This document shows positions 54,140 to 64,000 of a DNA stretch of 64,000 nt, in pieces. This DNA is from Octopus sinensis (taxonomy: Eukaryota). The position numbers and the translations under genes were made by a program. A model generated the notes under the pieces. That model made no database searches. It was given only the letters and a program-made list of their open reading frames with translations, and was not told the DNA's origin. The DNA lies in the NCBI RefSeq assembly GCF_006345805.1, contig NC_043002.1:28892001-28956000 (forward strand), in the 5' to 3' direction. The stretch's first letter is position 1, and each line of letters opens with the position of its first letter.

Positions 54140-54820
54140 GAGAAGGCAGATTCGTTAGCACGCTTGGCAAAATGCTTAGCGGCATTTCATCTCTCTTAAC
54201 GTTCTGAGTTCAAATCCCGCCGAGTTCGATTTTGTCTTTCATCTTTTCGGAGTCGATAAAGTAAGTATCAGTTAAACACTGGAGTCAATGATGACTCCTC
54301 TTCTCCTCTGAAATTTTTACCCTTGCGCCAAAATTTCATCAATTTTAACATTATTATTACATAAACGAAGGTGGCGAGCCGGTAGAAAGACGAGGATATC
54401 TTAAAATGCTTTGTAGCTTATGTTTCACGACTTTTAAGTTCAGTTTCAAATCCTGCTGACGTGAATTTGATAATAATTCTTTCCAATTCTGGTACAAGAG
54501 TAGCAATTTTGAAAAAATGGAACAAATTGATTTCATCGACACTGGTACATTTTTATATCGATTGTAAAAAGGTAAAAGTCTCTGAAAGCTTGAATTGATT
54601 TCCGAAGGATTTCGAAGGAGAAAGTAATAAACTGACGCTGTTAAGCATTTTGTCCGACGCACTAACGATTCTTCTTCTTCTTCTGGTTATCATTAAGACA
54701 GTGAACCGATAGAATCGTTAGAGCGTCATTCAAAATTCTTAGCAACTTTTCTTTCGGCTCTACGATCTGAGTTCAAATCCCACCAAATTCAACTTTTCCG
54801 TTCATTCCCTTCAAAGCTGC
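54140..54820. mobile_element. About four more decayed family A SINE copies in mixed orientation
   Basis: Repeated CGTTAG..GCTT..GTTCAAATCC head motifs at ~54140, ~54370 and ~54700, and reversed at ~54520-54670. Confidence 0.6.
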
Positions 54821-55137
54821 TGGTCAGTTGTCGAAATTAGAAAGAACTATAAAATAACGTTGATGACAACGATGATGATCACGATATTGATGCTGAATAG
54901 GAGGAGGTGTCAGCATGTGTGTAAGTGTATATGTGTGCTCGTTTGCTTTTTTCTGTATGCACGACGTTCGTTGTATAATGTTTATGAAAATAATTGCGGT
55001 GTGTATAATGCTGCTTCTAACAGTGCGCATACTATTAATGATATTAGCGACATCATCATCATCATCATCACTGTCGCGATAGCAATAATTATTCGTATTG
55101 ACGTGGCTGAGAATGCTGATAAAGGCGATGACAACAA

Positions 55138-55198
<61 letters not shown>

Positions 55199-55932
55199 GC
55201 GTTATCTTTAACAATAAATTACACAAGTGGCAATATCATTAGAAATCACAGCAATACTGACAGCATCATCACCATCACCATCATCACTAACATCATCACC
55301 ACAGCTTCTACCCCCGCCATCAACAATAGCAACAAAAATAACAAAAAGTCATAAAATGACAACAAAACAGAACACAAATTTTCATTAAAAGTTAGAAGGT
55401 AGAGGCTGTAGTAGCAGAGATATTGTAAATTAGGAAAAGGTCCCCAAAAATGATGATATATAGAGAAGGGAAAAAGTAATTTTGTCCGTTGACAAATGAC
55501 ATTTAGGATCAATGACCTGTCACAGCAAGGTGGGGCCTGAGATACGTCAGTGGAAAATGAGATGGTTGAGCCTTCGTTAGTTACATTTAGGGTACCATCT
55601 GTCTGGACAGGAAAAATTAATATTTAGACGTGTCTCAGTGTATGTCTGCGTGTGTATGTATGCGCAAATATATGTGTGTGTGCCTTTACATGTGTATTTA
55701 CATGTACATACACAAAAACATGCACACTCATACACACACATACAGACACACGTATACACATACACGCTTATACTTAAGTGTACATGTATGCAAACATAAA
55801 TATACAAACATACATATATAAACACCTGTAAAGATGCTCACTTTATATGTGCCTGTTCTTGCTTTTATGTGTATGTATATGTGAATGTCTGTATGTGTAT
55901 GTATATATCAATGTGTGTGTGTCTGTATATAT

Positions 55933-56023
<91 letters not shown>

Positions 56024-56049
56024 TATATATATGTAGCAATATTATATCT

Positions 56050-56371
56050 CTGAACGAGAAATAACTGTAGCAGTATGGAATCGTAAAATATAATTGCCAG
56101 CCAGATGTGGCGGTCCCATAGAGGACGAAGCTATTGTTGTTTTTAGCCCCAGGAGGACATCTACAGCTTGTTAACGACACACTATCTGTGTCCGATTAGT
56201 ATTTGCGAGGTTTTATGTGTATCACGTAAGGCAAGGCATGGGAACGATGATTTCCCCTCGCAAATACTAATCGGACACAGTGTGTCGTTAGCCAGCTGGA
56301 GGAGATGTCCTCCTGGAGCTAAAACAACAGTAGCATCATCGTCTGTGGGACCGCCAGATCTAATTGGCAAT
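56050..56371. mobile_element. Head-to-head fold-back element, same family as 25320-25740
   Basis: 56093-56210 is the inverted copy of 56256-56371. It shares GATTAGTATTTGCGA and GTCGTTAGCCAGCTGGAGGAGATGTC with the 25-kb element. Confidence 0.7.
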
Positions 56372-56390
56372 GTGTGTGTGTGTGTACATA

Positions 56391-56424
<34 letters not shown>

Positions 56425-56429
56425 CACAG

Positions 56430-57400
56430 TTACAATCTCGCCAGTAGCCTTGTCCATATCGTTGCCTTCTTGACAATATGCACATGAAAAGAACGTGTTA
56501 CTACTCACATTTATCCAGATCACGGACCTATTGTGCTTTTCCAATTGTTTTCCAATTGCAATCCTTCCAGATCCTATGTATAATAGTAATATATATTGTA
56601 AGTTGATGTTGAAGAGTTAAATTGCTACTGTTCTCTTCAGGCCGTTAGTGATTTTCATTAAGATCTTGCTGTAGGTAAGCGATGACAAAGTTTTCTTAAT
56701 TGCCCGGGATATATTTGTATCATAAGTGTGGTAGCTTATACAACTGAGGGCATGACTATCAGAGGCACTTCAAATTCTAATACTCACAAAACAGTTCTCC
56801 CAGATTTCCTGCTGGCGGAATCATCCGATTCTGCTTTGTAAAATGACATACATCACCATCATAATTTCCCATCTATACAAAAATCACGTATATTTTGGCG
56901 CATTATCTCATAGCTGAATTTATCAAAAGCCTTTTTAAAGTCGATATTTATTCTTTTCTACTCTAGTACAATGCCCGAAATTTTGGGAAAGGGACCAGTC
57001 GATTAGATCGACCCCAGTGCGGAACTGGTACTTAAGTCGAGATATATTGCCTGTGCGAATACTTATGCAGTTGTCTCAGCACAAATTTATACTGCTAGCC
57101 TCTTGGGCGAAAGCTATATTTATTGTCAGTGTGCTTGTGTGTATGTACACCTTAGAATAAGTATTTCTTAATCTCTCTTAGTTCCTCTCTCTCTCTCTCT
57201 CTGGTGACTCGTTTCACGACTTTGGTGATATGTGACGTCAGAGAGATAGCCATGTTATTTTTAGCATTTACTTTGCTTTGCCTTTCTGAACTGGGTATGT
57301 TATGCTTTTCTTCAACTTCATATCCGAATAGAAGAATAACCACATATTCCTTTTGGATTATTGCTAGTTTGACGGCTCCAAACATGTACTTTTTTAACAA
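56430..57400 (-). pseudogene. Decayed CR1/L2-like LINE RT fragment, interrupted by a partial family A SINE (~56945-57035)
   Basis: ISLTSHITKVVKRV (RPISLTS-type motif), IDFKKAFDK, and VRDL..HVHIVKKA, in the correct order. Confidence 0.65.
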
Positions 57401-57789
57401 AATTAACGTGCTGGCAGTTTTTGTGCCTTATTTTGTGCCTTATTTTGTGCCTTTACTTGTCTTTAGTCGTAAGCGATGGTCAAAGGGTCATACTCTCTGA
57501 CATAACATGTTATCAGTACATAGTCGTAAAATTTTACGGGAGCGCAATGAATTTTCTCAGTTATTCTCATGCTTTTTATGGCCCTAGTAGTTTTGCGAGG
57601 AAACTCCTGATTATAAGCAGACATTTTGGGGCGATAGTGTATTCACAAATAATAGATAGCTCTAGGAAGGGTGTTACAAAAATGGCTTGTCAACATAAAT
57701 TGTTTGCTACTTAGTTTATCGCAGCTGACGGCTCTATACTTACTAGTTGGCCGAATACTAAGAAAACAGATATTAACGTCCAAGAAATT

Positions 57790-58070
57790 ATGTTGCCGCA
57801 ATATTTACAATGCTATTAGAAATATTAGAATGAGACTGGCAAAGAGAACTACGATAGTTGCCGAGGAACTATTAAGTTATACTACTGATATTGTTGCTCT
57901 ACGTGAGACGCACTTGTTTGGTGAAGGGGACCGAAATCATGAAGAAAGTAGACACGTATTTTTCTGGTTAAGAAAACCAAAGATAGATATGGGGTGGAGA
58001 GCGCGAGCAACCGAGCGGGAAAGAGAGAGAGAGAGAGAGGGACTGGATTTGCCATTTGATGCAATATAGG
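57790..58070 (+). pseudogene. RTE-clade LINE apurinic endonuclease N-terminal fragment
   Basis: RTTIVAEELLSYTTDIVALRETHLFGEG...VFFW, then (after an (AG)n expansion) TGFAI. This matches the RTE pattern EL.RY.IDIAAL.ET..G....FFW...GVGFAI. Confidence 0.7.
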
Positions 58071-58647
58071 AGGTAAATTCAGGGGAGCTGCCGTATGGTA
58101 TATATAAAATAGCCATTTTATGTAAGCACCTCCATTTGTTATAAATCATAGATGGGGTACACGACTGCACAACAGCTTTCTCAACTTTTGCCGCCGTCCT
58201 TAAATAGCCTAGCAGCTACTTTTTTTATTCTGTAACTCGCTGAAGTATGATACATAGATGGCTATTTTAATTTAGCGTTGTCCCAGGAGAAGATACTGGG
58301 CCTTTTTCAATCGGGTGGCTATTTGCAAAATCAACGAATGTCATAAATGTTATATTCACTTTTTCATATATAAGTGGCGAGGAATTCTAATCTCGGAATG
58401 TAGCAGGTTGCGAGCGCTCCCAAATGGAACACCACGACCACTACGACGACGACCACCACCACCACCACTACAACCCCCCACCACTACAACCCCCCACCAA
58501 ACGATCGAACTTGTTTTCTCACAAGTCACTTCCGGGACAACATTTGGTCTGTTTCTTATGTGCATTATATGTACACTGCAGATGCATAAGAGATATGTTA
58601 CAACCACATGAAGAATAGTACATTGATAGCTATATATATATATATAT

Positions 58648-58707
<60 letters not shown>

Positions 58708-58729
58708 TGTGTGTCTGTGTGTGTATGTA

Positions 58730-59035
58730 TGTGACTGGATTTGGTAGAGTGAAGCTGAAAGAAGCCCGTTGTGTATGTATATTTACATATATGTATGTAT
58801 GTATGTAGGTAGGTATATATCTATGTGCGTGTGTGTATGTTTGTGAGTCTGTGTATGTGTGTGTGCCCATCACTTGAAAACAGGTACTGCTGCGTTTACG
58901 TTCCCGTAACTTAACGGTTCGGCAAAAATAAACCGATAAAATAACTACAAGGCTTCAAAAAGGTTCGATTTGTTCGACTAAAGCGGTGCCCCAGCATGAC
59001 CGCAGTCAAATGACTGAAGCCAATAAGAAGTAAAA
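58730..59035 (+). mobile_element. 5'-truncated family B SINE
   Basis: GGATTTGGTAG..CTGAAAGAAGCCCGT through CAGCATGACCGCAGTCAAATGACTGAA. Confidence 0.7.
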
Positions 59036-59672
59036 GACATATTTATATATATATATATATATTGGCAGGCAAATATATTGTTCCTGTTTGCATTCACCTA
59101 CTTTCAACATATTCTCCTTTTTTCTCTCTTTATTTTCTTTTCCTTTCACATCACTTGATTCCCTGTATTTCCTCTAACTTCTTTGTTACTTTAATACATT
59201 TTCTGGTACGTTCCGTTTTACATTTTGCATTCCATCTTTGAATACTTGTTTTTCTGCTGTCTATCGTGTCACTTTTCTTTCTTTCTTTCATTCTTTCTTT
59301 CCTTTTCCATCTACTCTTTATATACTTTTCTTTTACCTTTGCTTACATTTTTCTTTCCTTTATTTCTGTATCCTCCATTTTCCTACTTTTTCTCTCCTAA
59401 ATACTATATTTCCTTCTTATATTATATTCGTTTTCCTTTCTTTTCAAACATATCTTCTTTACCGCATTATTCCTTTTCACTGTATCGGAGATTATTTTAT
59501 TTTTCAGCAGTTATATTAGTTGACAAAGCTAGTAAGTTATCACAGACAAAAGAAATAATAATAAAAACCCGAAAAAATAAACTCACAAATATAATTAAAT
59601 AAAATAAACGACACAGAAAAATATCGTAAAACAAACTACTCCAACAATGAATTATATAAAAAATTAAATACC

Positions 59673-59719
<47 letters not shown>

Positions 59720-60099
59720 TAATAATAATAATAATAATAATATAACGGTGATGATGATAATGATGACAATTAGTAAATCCAACAAATATTGAAACAAACC
59801 ATCTGACAAAACTAACAAAAATGTAAATTTTAATTGTTTTTATTTTTTTTGTGCGTGTGTGTGTGTGTGTATGTTTTTTTTTTTAGGGATTTGATTTTTG
59901 TTATTGCTGTTATTGTGTGACTGAGGAAAATTTTCCAGTTGCTAACTAGATTAGTAATTAGTAATTATTGAACAACAATTATATACATAACAAGAGCAAA
60001 AAAAAAAAACGGATGTAGTTTATATTTGGTTAGTGTTTTATGTTATTGTTTTTCGTTTAGTCCTTTTGTTTTCATCATCATCATCATCATCATACTCAT

Positions 60100-60270
<171 letters not shown>

Positions 60271-60843
60271 TAGTAGTAGTAGTAGAAGTATTAGTATCAA
60301 CATCATTTATTTATTTATTTATATATTTGTTTACTTATACTGCCATCCTCTACTTTGTTTGTTTTATTGAAATTGGGAAGCTAAGGTTCAGAGCAAAAAA
60401 AAAAAACAAAAAAAAAAAATAGAAAGAAATGTACTGTAAATAGTATAGAAAAGAAACAATGAAGAAATACAATAAAAATAAATGAAAAAGAGTTGGTGAA
60501 GATGTGAGAGATGGGAGGAGGAATAAATTAGTGAAGAGAGGGATGTTGCTAATTGGTACAGATTGAAATTACAGCTGATCGATATGGCTTATTTAAGCAG
60601 AGCTGAGGCAGAGTGAATAAAGAAGTTAAGAAGCATCAGAAGTTGAAACTGGTTGGTTGTGTGAAGGGTAAATGCTAAAGTAGGAATACTTCTAAATACA
60701 CCACTGACTTACAGATGAAAGGAAACATAGCTAAATAATGCGAATAAATCAATAAAGTAAATAAAACGCTCCGTTAGTATTAACCACAACAACAACATCA
60801 CTTCGGAAACCGAAATATCAACACACTCATACACACACGTGTA

Positions 60844-60874
<31 letters not shown>

Positions 60875-61094
60875 ATCAATATAGGGTGGCAAAAAAAAAT
60901 TTTGTAGAATTTTTTTTGCCACCAGCGGCCTAGTGGGAAAAATTAAATAGTCATAGACCATTTTTAAGTAACATCACAATCAAGGAACGGCCATAATAGG
61001 CCATTCACCCACTAGAAATAACAGCCAAAAGCTTTAACCGCAAAATAACATCAATTCCGTAAACCAGGATAAAATTAAAACATTTAACCCTGTA

Positions 61095-61199
61095 ATTTCT
61101 TATACGATGCCCGTTTTCGTCTACTGTTTAATGGTAAACTAACCTGATTAAATTAAATCAAGCCAATCTACCATAGGCCCTAGATTCATCAGTAAGAAT
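61095..61199 (-). ncRNA. Type I hammerhead ribozyme (mirror copy)
   Basis: Minus strand reads TTCTTA-CTGATGA-...TAGAC-GAAAAC GGGCATC GTA-TAAGAA. Confidence 0.6.
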
Positions 61200-61210
61200 A
61201 GCCAATGGCT

Positions 61211-61314
61211 ATTTCTTACTGATGAATCTAAGGGCCTATGGTAGATTGGCTTGATTTAATTAATCAGGTTAGTTACCATTAACAGTAGACGAAACGGTGC
61301 ATCGTATAAGAAAT
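61211..61314 (+). ncRNA. Type I hammerhead ribozyme with extended stem II
   Basis: ATTTCTTA(61211-61218)-CTGATGA-65-nt stem II-GAAA(61291-61294)-CGG TGCA TC-GTA(61304-61306)-TAAGAAAT. Stem I is a perfect 8 bp, the core is canonical and loop III (TGCA) is palindromic. Confidence 0.8.
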
Positions 61315-61929
61315 TACAGGGTAAATGTTTTTTAATTTTCTCCTGGTTTACGGAATTGATGTTATTTTGCGGTTAAAGCTTTTGGCTGTTATTTCTAGTG
61401 GGTGAATGGCCTATTATGGCCGTTCCTTGATTGTGATATATATATATATATAATATTATATATATATATAAGCATATGTATACATATATGTATATACTTA
61501 TAAACATATATATATATCATTAAATGTATATACACGCATACATTTATATAGGCCTATGTATATGTGTGTATTGGTATGCATTTATATGTGTACATACACA
61601 CAGCTACATACACTCCACTCACATATATATAACGTTATGTTTGCTAAATGGTCTAAAAATCTTTTAAATTATACAATTCGACATTGGCATAGAATAATGA
61701 ATTTGAATTTAGTAACGTTAGGGTTTACATGGATCTCCCAAATCTGGTTCAGTGCTTAGAGGGTTCCTGCCTTCGCACTTATGCAGGAAGCTTGAAATGC
61801 ATTGCAAAAGCTCGAACATCAGGCTCCCACCCCTTGGTGTGCTTACCCAAGGTGCAATACGAATACAAAGGTGCATATGAAAACAGACGCCAACACACAC
61901 TCGCTCCTCTTACATACATAATACTACAT

Positions 61930-61968
<39 letters not shown>

Positions 61969-61976
61969 ACACATAC

Positions 61977-62013
<37 letters not shown>

Positions 62014-62527
62014 ATGTATGTATATACTTTTATTGTGTAAAATTACTATGGTATTATTGCTGTGAAGCAAACTGAAATGAAACAAACTGTCTAGCGAATA
62101 TTCTAAAATAAACGGAAGAAAGTTAAAAACGAATTCCAGAGTTTGCTCCAAATATACCACACATAAATATCGGATGAATATTTCATAGATGTCTCTATGA
62201 ATCCGAACACCCTGCAAGAATTCGTGATAAATTTGATTTTATTATTGTTAATATTGTCTTCCTCTAAAGTCCAGAATGTGGTTGTGAAATATTACGCAAA
62301 TTTTTAATTAATAAAGAGATGCAATAAGTCCATTATAATAGTTACTATTTGCAGAACCTCAGCTCTGCTTAAATAAGCCATATCTGATAAACTAATGCCT
62401 TAGGAAATCATAGGATGTAGGAAGATCACGTTGTTGCAATAAAACAGATGACTTTCTACGTTTTTGATGCTACTGTTATCTTATGCATTATTGCTATCCA
62501 AATTCTTCTGGTATCTATAGTTTACAA

Positions 62528-62684
62528 GTAAAAATTCCGCCGAGGTCGACTTTGCCTTTCATCCTTTCGGGGTTGATTAAATAAGTACCAGTTACGCACT
62601 GGGGTCGATATAATCGACTTAATCCGTTTGTCTGTCTTTGTTTGTCCTCTCTGTGTTTAGCCCCTTGTGGGTAGTAAAGAAATA
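62528..62684 (+). mobile_element. 5'-truncated family A SINE with 18-bp TSD
   Basis: TSD GGTATCTATAGTTTACAA at 62510-62527 and 62685-62702. Confidence 0.9.
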
Positions 62685-63377
62685 GGTATCTATAGTTTAC
62701 AACTAAACTAATTACTTATTTACATTATTTAGAAATATATTGACGTTTTGTCGACTACTTAAAGTATATGTCGAATTGTACCTTATTATTCTATTTGTTT
62801 TTCTATTCGTGACTTACTCCTTATTATATATTCTAAATTTGATACCATCGTTGTAATACTGAGCAGTAAGAATAGAGTATTACTCTTCAAAGGAGGAGGT
62901 GTTTATGCACTTAACATTATTATAAAATAAGATTCTTATCTTTCTAAGGATCTTTAGCGGCCTGTTGTGAATTTATATTATATATGTTTGTTTGTGTGTG
63001 TATATATAGTGTATGTGTACGAGCGTGTGTGTGTGCGTATGTGTATGTATGCGTTCGTGTCTTCGTGTCTGTGTTTGCCCTCTATCACCTATGCATAACC
63101 GGTGTGTTTATGTCCTCGACAAAAGCGATCGATGTAATAAGGTGCAGGTTTTAAAAAATAAGTACTAGGGTAAATTCATTCGAATAAAAATCCTTCAAGT
63201 TGGTGCTCCAACACGGCTGCAGTCTAAGGAAAAGATAGAAGATACCCGAATTTGAAAAGTGCTTTGTTATCTGTGTTATTGTGTCTTTGATAACTGTTGC
63301 ACTATATTTTGCAAAAGGGGAGAAAACCGATATGCTTAATGTTGAAAAAAGTGGTGGTATATGACAGATTTTTAAAA

Positions 63378-63593
63378 TTCTTTTACTTGTTTGAGCCATA
63401 TTGACTGCAGCTATACTAGAGCACCGCTGCTAGTCGAACAAATCGGCCCAGGACTTATACTTTGTAAGTCTAGTACTTATTCTATCGGTCTTTGTTACCG
63501 CACCGCTAGATTACAGACGTAAACGCACCACCATCGGTTGTAAAGTGATGGTGGAGGGAGAAACACAGACACACAAACATATACAGACATACA

Positions 63594-63636
<43 letters not shown>

Positions 63637-63792
63637 CGACGGGCTTCTTTCAGTTTTCGTCTACCAAATACACTCGCAAGGCTTTGGTCGACCCGACGCT
63701 ATAGTAGAAGACACTTGCGCAATGCAGTGGGACCGAACCCGGAATCATGTGGTTAGGAAGCAAGCTTCTTACCACACACCCACTCCTGCGCC
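63378..63792 (-). mobile_element. Family B SINE
   Basis: Head GGCGCAGGAGTGG..GTGTGGTAAG in reverse at ~63790 and the 3' part at ~63380. Confidence 0.8.
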
Positions 63793-64000
63793 TGTATATT
63801 TATTTTCACAACATATCCCTCTTGTTTTATTGCATACTTACTTCAATCATTAGACTGCGCTATTACTGAGCATTGCCTTGGAGGTTTAGTCGAACAAATT
63901 GACCTCAATAATGTTTGATTTTAGGTGTGAGACTCATTCTTTAGTCTTTAATTCTATAGTCTTTAATCCAATCGCTAGGTCATGGGGAGAAAAAGAACCA

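Larger units (their letters stand above)
60885..61437. mobile_element. ~232-bp-arm palindrome (1-nt loop at 61205) of a hammerhead-bearing unit, plus a distal 17-bp hairpin (60885-60923)
   Basis: 60973-61204 matches the reverse complement of 61206-61437, differing almost only by 1-2-nt indels, mostly in homopolymers. Confidence 0.75.

Overview
Repeat-saturated eukaryotic non-coding DNA, most likely an octopus (coleoid cephalopod) intron or intergenic region; the organism is inferred from the tRNA/CORE-type SINE families and the extreme microsatellite density. I could not support any host protein-coding gene. Nearly all ORFs in the track are microsatellite translations, and the rest are decayed retroelement fragments: R4/Dong-like RLE LINE, Penelope-like GIY-YIG, Tx1/L1-like, CR1-like and RTE-like. 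There are also many SINEs, one hAT-type MITE and a 5S rRNA retrocopy sitting directly upstream of a SINE. The most notable signal is a set of short, non-coding, head-to-head fold-back elements (8.7-9.5, 25.3-25.7, 56.1-56.4 and 60.9-61.4 kb). Three carry recognisable type I hammerhead ribozyme folds with palindromic or short stem III, and in two the inversion junction falls at or within about 5 nt of the predicted self-cleavage site. This fits non-autonomous Penelope-like/retrozyme elements copied from self-cleaved RNA. All RNA folds were derived by eye, and none has been tested computationally or experimentally.
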